A stretch of DNA of 64,000 nucleotides from Eledone cirrhosa (GCA_964016885.1 OZ024746.1:16554001-16618000), one strand, 5' to 3'. Positions 37,836-51,167 are shown, counted from the stretch's first letter. The notes: generated by a model not told the origin, from the sequence alone. Made by a program: numbers and translations.

Positions 37836-38214
37836 CCTACTCGTTCCTATTACCCACTCTACTACCCTAAGTATTGAGTACTTTGGTGCGTTATGGTCCA
37901 CCTGGTTCCTTACCACATTTCCTTTGTTATTTATATATATATATATATATATTACTCTTGCACAAGATGTAATGGTATTGAGATAAACTCCGTAACCACC
38001 CAATCATGTATCCAGTTACAGAAAAAATAAGTAAAAGACAATCATGAGTTCTGATAACAATGTCAATTATTGCTTAATATTATTGTTGTTATTTAAATAT
38101 CAATTGATGTCTGATGGGTGGCGATGGAGTGGGTGACAGGGTGGGGTCTGTTTTTTATGGTCTTGGATAAGTATGATCTATGGTGTGCCTAGTAGGTTTG
38201 AATACACCTCCCAC

Positions 38215-38660
38215 TAATACTACTACTATTATCACAACCACTAGTGTTGTTGTTACTACCACTACCTCCATTAGTGCTGCTGCTTCTACTACTATTACTA
38301 GCCTTCCCTCCATTTCTACCACAATTGCCTCTACCACTATCACCACTACTACTACCACAACTACTACTACTGCTACTATTATTACTACTACCCCACCATT
38401 GCTATTACAACTACTACCACCACTACTATCACCGCTTCCACTACTACTACCGCTACATCACCACCACCACTATCACCCCTACTACCGCCACCACCACTAT
38501 CACCGCTTCCACTACTACTACTACCTCCACTGCTACATCACCACCACCACTACATCACCACTACTACCACCACCACCACTATCACCACCACAACTACTAC
38601 TACTACCGCCACTGCCACATCACCACCACCACCACTATCACCACTGCCCCCTCTACTATT
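38215..38660. repeat. (ACC/ACT)n degenerate trinucleotide tract
   Basis: Visible low-complexity tract. Confidence 0.9.
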
Positions 38661-39279
38661 GCTATTGTTGGTGTTATTAGTTGATATGCATGATATGCAG
38701 TGTGTTGGTTTGCCTCCACAATCATTAGAGGGAAACTCCAGCGCCCCTTATTGTGTCATATAATTGAGTGTTTCGGTCTTCTACCTCTTTTTTTCTTCAC
38801 TTTTATGTTTTTTATATAGTGTTTATTTGTGTGTATAACTGTGTAGAATAAATAAATAACTAAACCAAATAGATTTTTTAAAAAACAATTTTTTAGAAAA
38901 ACAGTACCATTGGAATAGTTTTTCATTTATTTTAAATCACTGACTCATGAAATGCATGAATATCACAAATTCCTATTGCCAATCCCTTGTTCAAGGTTTT
39001 ATACCTGTGAAACATGAAATTGATATTTACATCTATAAACTACAAACTTATTTTGTAGATCAACTTTGATGTCAATGTATGCTTCAATGAGCACCAGTAG
39101 GTATTTATAGAACACACTAATATTTTTTTGTTGTGAGTATATGTGCAGGGTTGTGGTTTTTCTTGCTATTACCATTTTCAAATTTATATTTGATTTGACA
39201 ATACCTCTGTACATGACTTGCATTACATTCACAAGCCACTCATCTGTACCCAGTTTTCTTGGGGACCACCAGATATCAG

Positions 39280-39525
39280 ATCATGGTACTCTGTCAAATG
39301 CCATCTCCATATAAATGGTAGCTGGATATAACAGCTTACACTTAGCTAGGAGCTTCTCTTGTAGTTGTCTCACTATGAAGAGGACACCAGTCATACTCCT
39401 TCCTGGCATAGAGCTAAACTGCATCTCATCTAATTTTACTCTTTCCCTCAGTTGTGCTAACGCTCTCTCTGTCACTCTCTTAACCAGTTTCATCATTTGC
39501 CTCTATAGTGCTCCTTTCTACAGTT
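39280..39525 (-). mobile_element. Degenerate RTE RT fragment
   Basis: LDEMQFSSMPGRSMTGVLFIVRQLQEK...AFDRVP (RT motifs). Confidence 0.85.
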
Positions 39526-40069
39526 TGCTAATTTTATATATTGTTTAGTGACATTACTATATTAACTTAGCAGAAATGAAGTATGTGAAGTGGCTAAGTT
39601 TTTAAGTCTGCCAACACCAGAATATTTTCACTCGGCAGGAGTGAAAATAAAGATCAGCTGAATAAATACCTTACTTAAAAATAAGTAGTGTTGGCATCAA
39701 GAAAGACATCTGATTAAAATCTTGCCTGAAAAAGTCTTGTTCAACCAATATTTCCATTGAGAAGATAAAGTGGGTGTAAAAATGAGAAATGGATGGACTG
39801 GAGTAAGGAATTAGAACCAAAGTGTTTCTCCAAGTGCCATTGTGGTGACACAGCTACAGCAAATAGTTTCAACTGATACATGAAGTACTTTTCTTTCTTT
39901 CTATCTCTCTTTTCTTTAATCATTTTAATTTATATTTGTATCACATGGCACTATAAGCACCAGTGGTAAGAAACTCTCAGGAGAGCTGGACAGTAGAATG
40001 TCTTCCGAGAAGAAACCCCGACTCAATAAGTGTGTGTGTATATATATATATATATAATATATATATAAT

Positions 40070-40504
40070 CATAATCATCGTCATCATCATCACCGTTTTA
40101 CGTCTGTTCTTCCACATGGGTTAGACAGGTTGTCCTGTTGTGGGCAGTGTCCGGTCGGCTGGCTTTGTCTTGCTCATACGGGAACTGATTCTGGCTTCAT
40201 TTTTACAGCTGGATGCCCTTCCTAACACTAACCTCATTTTCAGTGAGTGCTGGCTGCTTTTTTCCATGGCGCCTACACATCCAGTTTACAGTGTGGGCTG
40301 GGTGCTTTTTTGCCGTGGCACCTCCACAACCACTTTGCAGTGGAATGATAGGGACCCCAGTCCTATCGTCTCATTTCTACAGCTGAGTAAACTGGAGCAA
40401 TGTGAAATAAAGTGTCTTGCTCAAGGAAACAACACATCACCCAGTCTGAGAATTGAACTCACAACCTTCGATTGCAAGCCCAATGCTCTAACCACTAAGC
40501 CATG
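40070..40504 (-). mobile_element. SINE family B, full-length
   Basis: Reverse complement of the 21450/32990 family with a longer RTE-type tail. Confidence 0.85.
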
Positions 40505-40647
40505 CGATATATGTGTGTGTGTGTGGTAAGAAACTCTCAGGAGAGCTAGGCTGCAGAAGGTCTTCAGAGAACACGCCTACCTCAAGCAAATGTTCCAGCC
40601 TTTACTAAATTTATATTTGTATCACACTACACTAGAATCGCTATATT

Positions 40648-42770
40648 CATCATCATCATCATCCTCGTTTAACGTCCACTTTCCACGCTAGCATGGGCTA
40701 GACAGGAGTTGTCCCACTTGGGGCAAGGTTGGTCGGATGACCGTGTCTCACTCATATAGGACTATCTGGCAGGTTTTCTATGGCTGGATGCCCTTCCTAA
40801 CACCAACCACATTTACAGTGTGGACTGGGAATTTTTTACCATGTTACCTACACGCCCACATCACAGCGTGGACTGTGTTTTTTGCTCGTGACACCTACAC
40901 GATCTCGATCTCGATCTCATTTATTTGGACTGGATGTTGTGGTACCAACTTTATAGAGACGGGGTGGTGTTGGTGTGTGTGGGAGGATAGGGTAGGGATA
41001 GTGGATTGGGGTGTATATTTGGTTAAGAGGTGCCTACTGACTGTAGGTTTCGCTTTATACATAGGCAAGGCGGGTCTTCTGTATTACTGCGTAGCGCCAA
41101 AGATCTCGGTCCAGTGACATTGTCTTAGAGAGGTGCAAGTGTGTAAGGTCGGAATTTATCAGATCATCCCAGGTTTTTCTGGGTCTACCTACTCCGTAAC
41201 TACCATCAATTTTGATCGCCCTGCACTTTTTTATACAGCTGTCGTCTTTCATGCGCATCACGTGACCATACCAATGTAGTCTTCTCTCAAGTAAACAGCA
41301 TCTGATCCCTCTTATTCCTAATTTCTCACTTAGTTCATTTATGCTTTGCTGTTCACGTATATTACTATTACACATCCAACGGAGCATGCATGCTTCGTTC
41401 CTTTCCAGTCTACGCAAGTCCTCTGCATGCAATGCCCATGTCTCACTGCCATGTAGCATTGCTGTCCGTATACAAACATCATACAATCTGCCTTTCATTT
41501 TTAGAGAGAAACCTTTTGTGGCCAACAGCGGTATAAGCTCTCTGAACTTTTTCCATCCCGTTCTGACTCTGGCCACTGTACTTTCAGAACACCCTCCACC
41601 ACTGCTGATTTCGTCACCCAGGTAACGGAAATTGTCTACTATTTCTATAAAACCATCTGGGCAATAGAAGGGGCTAGTATCCTGTGGACACTTGCTACCT
41701 ATTGCACCTGAGCATCGGCCACATATAAAGTCTACGTTCTTAGATAGTTTACCTGTGATCCCACTACATCTTTTATGTACCCATAGTTTGCATTTGGAAC
41801 ATAAAATTGAATTTCTGCCTACTCCTTTCCTACACACTGAGCAAGGCCATTTCCCTGAGGGTAGCTGTGCCTTATTTTCCTTTCTACAAACTTGGACTTT
41901 AGTCTTAGACAAGTTAACTTTAAGGCCTTTTGATTCTAGGCCATGCTTCCATGTTTGGAATTTCTTTTCTAGTTCAGCCACTGATTCAGTTATGAGCGTT
42001 AGATCATCTGCGTATAGGAGTTCCCATGGGCAGCCGGTCTTGAACTCCTCTGTTATAGCCTGAAGGGCAATAATAAATAGGAGGGGGCTAAGGACAGAGC
42101 CTTGGTGAACACCAACTTTTACACTAAATTCTGCACAATATTCATTGTTAATTCTAACCTTACTGACTGTTTCTTTATACATAGCTTGTATAGCTCTCAC
42201 AAGCCATTCATCTACACCTAGTTATCTAAGAGCCCAACAGATAATGGAGCAGGGGACTCTGTCAAAGGCTTTTTCCAGGTCTACAAAAGCTAAGTAGAGG
42301 GGTTTACTTTTAGCTCGGTACTTCTCTTGTAGTTGTCGTACAAGAAAAAGAGCGTCTGTGGTACTTTTACCTGACACAAACCCAAACTGCATTTCATCTA
42401 GATCAATTCACTCTGATTAGTTGCACTATAACTCTTTCTGTGACCTTCAAGACCTGGTCAATTAACTTAATGCCTCTATAGTTTCCTCTATCTAGAGCAT
42501 CTCCTTTACCCTTGTAGCAGTTAATGATGCTGCTGCTATGCCAGTCTTTTGGTATGACCCCATTCTGTATTACTTGGTTCACTATATGGGTGACAATAGT
42601 ATGTCCCACCATTCCAGATGCCTTCAACATCTCAGCAACTATCTCGGAAGGCCCAGCTGCTTTGCCTGTCTTCATATCTTTGATTGCCTTACTTATTATA
42701 CTACCTTTAACTTGCACCGCTGGTCCTTCTATTGGATCGATTTGGGGCAGACTATCTTTTTTATATACAG
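40648..42770 (-). mobile_element. 5'-truncated RTE-clade LINE; RT pseudogene with internal PHD-type zinc finger
   Basis: ORFs 42403-42717 and 41055-42200 carry NYRGIKL, QFGF, DLEKAFDRVP, GVHQGSVLSPLLF, LLYADDL, FRYLG and GRPRKTW. One stop (~42223) and one frameshift (~42405). 3' UTR ends in (GAT)n. Confidence 0.95.
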
Positions 42771-43406
42771 GAATGTTTTAATCACAGAAAACTAACTCTC
42801 TAAATCTCAGTCCACTTAAATTTCAATTTGTCAGATAAGAAGAGTTTGAGTAGTATTGTTTTATAAAAAATGGATATTTATACTAGTTCAGAGTCTTGTA
42901 TGAAATGACTCACTCAAATGGTTTAGGTTTACAGCAAAGTAGTCAGAGTTAGTTCATGTTAAATGTATTTGCTCAGTAAACTGGACTATTGATATCATAA
43001 TGTGAAATGTTGATTATCTCATGAAGTGTTTAGCACATTAGAGTTAGATACAATCAAACAATACAAGAAAAGAATACATTGACAGACAACAGGTTCATAT
43101 TACACAACTTATACCAACGCATCAACAACACAAAATACTTATATTTATTTTATATAACTTATACAGAATACATTGGGTGTGTTTCACTAAAATCGATAGG
43201 ATAACAATATATTTATATATATGTGTGTGTGTGTATATACATACATATCTATATATCTGTCAAGGGCGGATAAAATTCCCAAGATCCATGGACGAGTTCT
43301 CTCCAGTGGTCTTTGTCCTTCATCATTGCTGCCATATCCTGTGTCTCCTAGAGACTGGTATCTGTCCTTAGGGCATCAATATATGTCAACCTCGGTCTCT
43401 CTCTTC

Positions 43407-43438
<32 letters not shown>

Positions 43439-43718
43439 CATATATATGTATATATACACATATATGTATATATTTGTTTTGCAAGGTTTTTGATATGAAA
43501 TCGTGTGTCAAAACAAATATTGTTATACTTGGGGAGGGTCATAATGTTATAATAATATTGCCAGAAATAATAACAGAACCCACTCACTGTTTGGTTGGTT
43601 TTCGCTTCTGTATCTTTTATATCTCCATAGTTAATTTATTTGGCAATCAATGTTTATCATTTAATGACCAGCGATTAAAAATACAGATATAAATATATAT
43701 ATATATATATATATAGTC

Positions 43719-43753
43719 TATCAAAGTTCTTTCATTGCACATCATCAGTGGTA
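43719..43753 (-). ncRNA. Minimal hammerhead motif (inverted arm)
   Basis: Reverse complement of 43899-43933. Confidence 0.55.
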
Positions 43754-43898
43754 CTATTATGTTTCCTCCCATTGTATTGTATGTTCACAGCATTTTTATT
43801 TTTATTTACTTATTTATAAATAAATAAATTAAAATAAATAAATAAAAATAAAAATGGCGTAGACATACAATACAATACAATGGGAGTAAACATAATAG

Positions 43899-43933
43899 TA
43901 CCACTGATGATGTGCAATGAAAGAACTTTGATA
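43899..43933 (+). ncRNA. Minimal hammerhead motif
   Basis: UACCA-CUGAUGA-UGUGCAAU-GAAA-GAAC-UU-UGAUA. Both core boxes are intact but the stems are weak. Confidence 0.55.
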
Positions 43934-44114
43934 GACTATATATATATATTTATATCTGTATTTTTAATCGCTGGTCAATCAATGATAAACATTGATTGCC
44001 AAATAAATTAACTATGGAGATATAAAAGATACAGAAGCGAAAACCAACCAAACAGTGAGTGTGTTCTGTTATTATTTCTAGCAATATTACAACAATATGA
44101 CCCTCCCCAAGTAT

Positions 44115-44150
<36 letters not shown>

Positions 44151-44211
44151 GTATATATATATATATATATACACATTTGTATGTGTGTGTATATGTATAT
44201 ATATGTATATA

Positions 44212-45090
44212 CAGGGTGCAGACGATATCTGTTCGCAAGATTACTGTCTAGGAAAAAATAACACTAGTTATATTTTTAAAGATTTATTTATCAAACTTGG
44301 GTCAGTTTGTCTTCATGACTTGTTCTTTCGATCTCACTTGATAAACCCGCCATTGGCTTTGATGACGGCCTCGGAACCGGCTACAGGCCTTCGTCACTGT
44401 CCCCCGACTTAGGCCCCTAAAGGCACTTGTGACCCTGGCTTTCAGATCGTCTTTCATATTGCAGCTAGATCTGTTGGTGTATCGTTCGACTGAGCCCCAC
44501 ACAAAGAAGTTGAGGGGGTTGCAGTCAGGCGAGCTGGGAGGCCAGATGTCAGGTGAAGTGTGGTCGATGAAGTTCTCTGACAGCCAAGCTTGGGTCTTTC
44601 GGCTGGCATGGCAGGGCACTGAGTCTTGCTGCCACACGTACGGCCTACCTGCAGCTACCTGGTTGATCCAGGGCTTTACTACCTCGCTCAGAACGCGGAT
44701 GTAGCCATCGGTGTTCAGCTTGAGGCCCTCAGGGAAGAAGTGAGGTGGCATGACGTCACCTTGACTGCTGACGACACCTAAGACCAATGTTGTCGCTGGA
44801 AACTTTGTCTGCATGACTCTGAGCACGTCTTTAGATGAGACAGCGAGCCACCTGTTGTTCTGGGAGTTGATCTTCTGCCCTTATTTGTCCTCCCGGCGTG
44901 GATTTCAAGAAGAACTCTGTGTCTCTTCCACAAATTTGGAGGTTCAAAATTATTCATAATCAATTATTCTGAATATAAATAATGGAAATATAGTCACTGT
45001 TTTTATGAAGACAAGAGTGACAATGGAAGTAAACAAAATTTGCATAAAATTAGCAGTTGAAAATTGCGAACAGATATCGTCCGCACCCCG
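44212..45090 (-). mobile_element. Internally deleted IS630-Tc1-mariner transposon, DD37D (maT) type
   Basis: 27 bp TIRs CAGGGTGCAGACGATATCTGTTCGCAA / TTGCGAACAGATATCGTCCGCACCCCG with TA flanks. ORF 44302-44826 has WQQD-x37-N (WPPSSPDCNPLN), so the third catalytic D is mutated. Confidence 0.92.
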
Positions 45091-45146
45091 TATATATACA
45101 CATATATATGTATATATATATATACACATATGTATGTGTGTGTATA

Positions 45147-45195
<49 letters not shown>

Positions 45196-45471
45196 GTATG
45201 TGTGTATATATATATATGTATATATATATAAACATCTGGATATATCCTCAACTGACTTCATCAAGAACTCAGGTGGTATGTTGGTCAGTTGTGTCCTCCT
45301 CAGTGACTAATTTGTTATTTTGTTTCTTTCTGTTGTTCTGTCCTACACCATCTTGTTTTGGGGAATGAATTAGTTATAAGTAACAGCACAACAACGGAAT
45401 ACGGATAATAGAGAGTTTATAACTAAATACAATGGTATTTTTACCTCTTCCCATTCTCCATCAGCCATTGT

Positions 45472-45665
45472 TAATAATTGTTTCTACTTTTGGCACAAGG
45501 CCAGCAAATACCCAGTGCATTACTGGTACTTTATTTTATCGACCCCCGTAAGGATGAAAGGCAAAGTTAACCTCAGCGGGATTTGAACTCAGAATGGCAA
45601 GGGCTGTAACTCTATGCGTCAAAGCATGGCGTCCGATCCCCTACCGATACTGCCAATCCACCACG
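45472..45665 (-). mobile_element. SINE family A, full-length
   Basis: Same family as 24678, flanking direct repeat TTGTTAATAATT. Confidence 0.85.
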
Positions 45666-46345
45666 TTGTTAATAATTAAGGGGAGAGTACTTATACGTTT
45701 GTCATTTAGGCTTATCTTCCAGTGAATTCCAAATTTTTTTTATTTTTATGCGTACATGGCTTAGTGTTTGGAATAAATTCACAATCATCAAACTGAGTTC
45801 ACTCAGCTGTTGACATTAGTGGTGACGTCACTGGTGCCAAGCTGTATCGGCCGTTGCTTTCCCTTAGACGACATATATAGTCTACATATACTCTCGTGTC
45901 TCGAATGATCACTCCCCCACCCCCATACACACACACACACTTATTAATTTCCATATCCTCGTCCCCTACCCCCGCTTATTAAATTTTCCTAATCTATCAC
46001 CAGCGAAATTTTATTTTCAGTGGTAGATTCTTGCAACAATTAATTTTCTTTATACATTAAAAAACACTATACATGACAAAAAAGAGAAGATTCTGCTATA
46101 CATGGGTAACTGCTGGTATTCCACAAATCGCCTAGGTCTCTGCCTCATAAAGGATGCAAAACCAATGATCATTCGTGACCGAAGGGCGGGGGAGGGGTCT
46201 TTTATGTAATAATGTCTAACATTCATGCAATAACTTCACTGTTTTTATTTATTCTTTGTTTTTACCTAGCCAAACATGATAGAAATGTGAGGCAAATATA
46301 TATATATATATATATATATACGATATATATATATATATAATATAT

Positions 46346-46374
<29 letters not shown>

Positions 46375-46379
<5 letters not shown>

Positions 46380-47219
46380 ATTTAACGTCTATTTTTCTAA
46401 ATGGATTAGAGGGTTGTCATGTTATGAAATATGTCAGGTAAAGTGACCACGCCTTGCTCATACAGATCTATATTTTGGCTTGATTTCTACATCTGGATGC
46501 CCTTCCTAACCACAACCAGGTTACAGGGTGAACTTGGTGATTTTTATCATAGCACGAAAACGATCATCTAACAATGGTCTGGCTGCTTTTTGTCGTATCA
46601 TTAGCACAACCACCTTACATGGTAAACTAGGGGATTTTACTTGTGTCACCAACACGACCAGGTTACAAGACGAACTGGGTACTATTTCTCATGTCACCAA
46701 CAGCATTGTTGTTCGTACACAAGCATCATACAATCTGCCTTTCATTTTGAGGGAAACGCTTTATGTAACTAATAGTGGTAGTAGCTCCATGAACGTTTTC
46801 CATCCTGTTCTTACTCTGGCTACTAAACTTTCAGAACGCCAACCCCCACTGCTAATTTGGTCATCCGGTAACAGAAGCTATCAACTACTTCTACAGAGCC
46901 CTCTGAGTATGTAAAAGAGCTTGTTTCTTGTGAGCTCTTGCTGCTTACTGCTCTTGTGTATCAACCACATATAAAACCTACATTCTTTTATAGCCTGCCT
47001 GTGATCCTGCTACATATATTGTGTACCCATAGTTTGCATTTAGGACTTAGAATGGAATGTCTACCCACTCCTTTCCTGCACATTGAGAAAGGCGATTTTC
47101 ATGAAGTGATCTGAGCCCTTTTTTCCTTTCTACATACTAGGACTTTAGTCTTTGCTATGCTCCCAGGTTCAGATTTTCTTTTCTTATTCTGCCCTTTGTC
47201 TATAAGAGTTAGATCATTG
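46375..47219 (-). mobile_element. Degenerate RTE LINE 3' fragment
   Basis: 46700-47219 aligns with 41455-42010 (ACAAGCATCATACAATCTGCCTTTCATTTT; TGTACCCATAGTTTGCATTT). Confidence 0.85.
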
Positions 47220-48520
47220 GTCAAAACAACAGATACATAAACTTCATCATATATAAAGAGAGAGGGGAATAAAGAGCTATATCTAGAGAGAGGGATGATA
47301 GAGTTACATCTTTACGTCATGTCCTATCAATTTGAATTATCAATTCATATGAACTGGGTAATATAATGTAAATATCAATATTCATGAATGAGACATAGAT
47401 GTATAATGTGTGAAAATAATTTTGCTCAATAATGACCATATGTTTAGTTTAAAACTCTGAGGTCAATGTACCAAAAACTGAGATAAATCTTTAAAAAAAA
47501 TGAGATAAATCTTCAAAAGAAATTACCCTATTTATAAAAATACGGAGATATATACATACACATGCATATGCACTTTCTGAAAAAAGAAAAGAAAAAGAGA
47601 AAGAGAAAGTCATGTCAAGCTCTAGTTGATAAAATAGACATACACATGACTTTACTCTTTTTCTTTTCTTTTTTCAGAAAGTGCATATGCATGTGTATGT
47701 ATATATCTCCGTATTTTGAAGATTTATCTCAGTTTTTGGTACATTGACCTCAGAGTTTTAAACTAAACATATGGTCATTATTGAGCAAAATTATTTTCAC
47801 ACATTATACATCTATGTCTCATTCATGAATATTGATATTTACATTATATTACCCAGTTCATATGAATTGATAATTCAAATTGATAGGACATGACGTAAAG
47901 ATGTAACTCTATCATCCCTCTCTCTAGATATAGCTCTTTCTTCCCCTCTCTCTTTATATATGATGAAGTTTATGTATCTGTTGTTTTGACTTTGCCTCTC
48001 ATGTTTCTCTCTTACTTCTCTCTTGATTTTCACCTCCCCCTATATAATTATTATTTTTTTTTTCTCCCTCTTTCTTTTCAGTCTGTCTCTTCTCTAACTG
48101 TGCTTAACACTATAACTAAATAATTACCGTACTCCCTCCCTCTTAAATCTCTCAATTTGTATGATGAATTATTATTATTCATCTGTTGCCTTCGGTTTAC
48201 CTCCTCCCTCTTTCTCACTCCCCTATTTCTCTCTATGTCTCTCTGTTTTTCTTTGCATACATTTCTTCTTTTTCTCCGTCTTTATTTGTAACTGTGATTA
48301 ACACTAAATATTTATAAACACTTCACTACCAAGCCAGCCTCCTACCTTAATGGTCGCTATATTTATGGTACGTCAAAATTATTTATAAAACTGGTTATAT
48401 ATTGTATTTTATTTGACGAAGGCATGCCATATTTTTAATATGGTATCCCTGAAATATGTATAATGAAATAAATATGGTTTTATAAATATAGTTTCCATTT
48501 GTTTAATATCGTATATTCAT
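47220..48520 (+). mobile_element. Element with 5' inverted duplication and 3' degenerate hammerhead (Penelope-like remnant)
   Basis: Arms 47220-47615 and 47645-47990 are nearly identical in inverse. The right arm continues to a hammerhead remnant and an AT-rich microsatellite. Confidence 0.65.
48405..48470 (+). ncRNA. Hammerhead motif with C3U change
   Basis: UAUUUUAU-UUGACGA-AGGCAUGCCAUAUU UUU AAUAUGGUAUCCCU-GAAA-UAUGUA-UA-AUGAAAUA. All three stems pair. Confidence 0.65.
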
Positions 48521-48916
48521 ATATATATATATTCATATATATATATATTCATTCATATATATATTCATATATATATATTCATATAAACCCATGCAAGCGT
48601 GGAAGATGGACGTTAAACGATGATGATGATGATGATATATAATTATGGTAAATATTGATGCAATTCAATTCAAGCACTCAACATACTTTTTCCACATTAG
48701 TATTCTAAATACAATCTGGATTGCCTTGAGAACGAAACCTTATGTAAGAAGCTGTCTGATGAGATCATGGCACTGGATACGCGGAATCCTATGATCATTG
48801 TCGTATCAATAAAGGACTTTAACATCTGCCTTATCAATAAAGGACTTTAACATCTGAAACTACTTTGTATTTTCTTATTCTCTCTCTCTCTCTATCTATC
48901 TATCTATATATCTATC

Positions 48917-48947
<31 letters not shown>

Positions 48948-49279
48948 ATACTTGGCGAGGGTCATATTGTTATAATATTGCCAGAAATAATATATATATA
49001 TATATGTGTGTATCAATAATATTAATTGTTTCTACATTAGGCACAAGGCCAGCAATTAACCAGTGCATTACTGGTACTTTATTTTATCAACCTCGTGTAT
49101 CAATAATATTAATAAATGGAAATTATCTTTATAAAATCATATTTATAAACCATATTTATAAAGATAGTTTCCATTTATTAATATTATTGATATTATACTC
49201 CAGAAGAAAATCTGTTGAGTGCTTCTAAACTGTTATAAACTAAATTTGTTGAATAATCACCAAATTAAATAACTCATTG

Positions 49280-49339
<60 letters not shown>

Positions 49340-49463
49340 AGGTAGGTAGTCCAGCATGCAGGTTGGTGTGCTGAGTTTGTTGTGAAGTGTTTGGATCTAT
49401 CATTGGACCTAATATCTGTATGCAGATCAAGTGTATTTTGTGAGTGTGCATGTTGGTTTTTAA

Positions 49464-49510
<47 letters not shown>

Positions 49511-51167
49511 GTTTCTCAATCAATGCGGAATAACACCAACACAGTAGAAGTTATCAATAACTTTTTTTTATTAATAAACAATAAACATATAATTCACATA
49601 TTTTTATCAATAAACATGATTAGAGCTCGTTATATCAATAAACATGTTTAGCCATCGTTGTATTATTAAACATGTTATGAAATGACAGTGAACAAATGTA
49701 TGTTGAAACCAAATAACTTTTGAAATTTTAGGGGTCAATAATGATAATGTAACCAATGTTGCAGTCAATGGGTCCCATGTTTTTTGTTACTGTTTATTCA
49801 GGGATCAAAGGGCAATTCCCATTACCCTTTTCCACAGCCGCCGACAGGTAAGGGAGGTAATTCTCAAGTAAAATACTTGCAACGGAGTGGATTCTACTAA
49901 AGACATCCAAATTTGACAGATTAAGTCTATGACGAAAATAGGCTACAGCGGGAGGGATTTAAATTCAGACCGCTAAGAACTGAAATAAATACAGCAAGGT
50001 ATTGCATTTGATGTTTTAACAGTTCCACCAATCAACCGCCCTATACTGGTACTTTATTTCATTGACCCCAAAAAGATGAACGGATGAACATATATTTATT
50101 ATGAATGAAAAGTAGCAAAGAAATAACAGAGAGGTTAGAAGAGCAGACTAAATTTATTACAGTCGTTAGCTCAGCCTACTTGTATTTAGAATGCTAACTA
50201 AAACTTAAGCCCTAAACACAAAAAACTAACCAGAATTTTTATCAATACAGTGGACAGCTGTCCCATCATAGTGATTGAATTTCTAGCTGGGCCACCTCCG
50301 TATCAATTCTTTGTTTATATTTTGATGTAACTCAGTAGAGATTACTAAACTAAATCTTTTATGTTCGTTACATCTGATTGTCTTGCAATCATGGTCTGAT
50401 GACATAAGCCACCCATAAAAGTATGTATTATGTAACTGTGGAACATAGAGGAATTTGGCCTTCTATTTTCATGGAAATATCTATCTATCTATCTATCTAT
50501 CTATACACACACACACATATATATATGAATTTTACCTGCCCTAGATAGATAGATATATATATGTAGAGAGAGAGAGACACAGAAGAAACAATAAAACTAT
50601 ATTTCACTCCCTTAGTCATGCATATAGGGTCAAAATCTGAGTTTTGCTTTTTTTTTTTCAATACTCATCATATATTTGTGTATCTATCCAGGGACCCTTA
50701 ACACATAATAGAATTGTATGGTTGCCATACTGACATGCAGCATGTTTTCACACAACCGATTAAGGAGAGAGAGAAAAACAGACTGGTGCTTCGTATATTG
50801 ACCTAGAAAGTATGAAAAACAAAGTTGATCTCGGTGGGATTTGAACTGAAAGCAGAAGTTTGGAATGAATACCATAAATTGTTGTATGTAATGTTCTAAT
50901 GACTCTACAATTATATAACTGTATGTATGTGTATGTATGTGTGTATGTGCATGTATGTATATGTATGTATGTGTATGTGTGTAAGTGTATGTATATATAT
51001 GTATGTGTAAGTGTAAGTGTATGTATGTATGTGTGTGTATGTGTATGTATATATATGTGTGTAATTAATATCCAGTTGTCATATTTATAGTTGGAATATT
51101 GAAATGAAAAATACAGAAAAGAAAACATAATAAAACTAAAAGCCAAACTCTGTAACGCCAGGGAAGT

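Larger units (their letters stand above)
36823..37935 (+). mobile_element. Large fold-back element with hammerhead-like motifs (Penelope-like remnant)
   Basis: About 380-390 bp inverted arms (36823-37204, 37456-37849), 250 bp spacer, 85 bp tail, (AT)n on both sides. The mirrored ORFs 36895(-) and 37571(+) come from the inversion. Confidence 0.8.
43519..44120. repeat. Nested 600 bp palindrome of two different fold-back elements
   Basis: Outer arms 43519-43695 and 43947-44120, inner arms about 43713-43815 and 43830-43940, separated by (AT)n. Confidence 0.9.

Noticed and set aside
38155-38684. Mucin-like Thr-rich ORFs
   Set aside because: (ACC/ACT)n tract with no splice or domain support.
48750-48800. 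CTGATGA followed by a GATCAT/ATGATC stem as a hammerhead
   Set aside because: GAAA box and stems I and III are missing. At most a remnant.
50390-50460. CTGATGA with a CATAA/TTATG stem as a hammerhead
   Set aside because: No properly placed GAAA or closing stem I.
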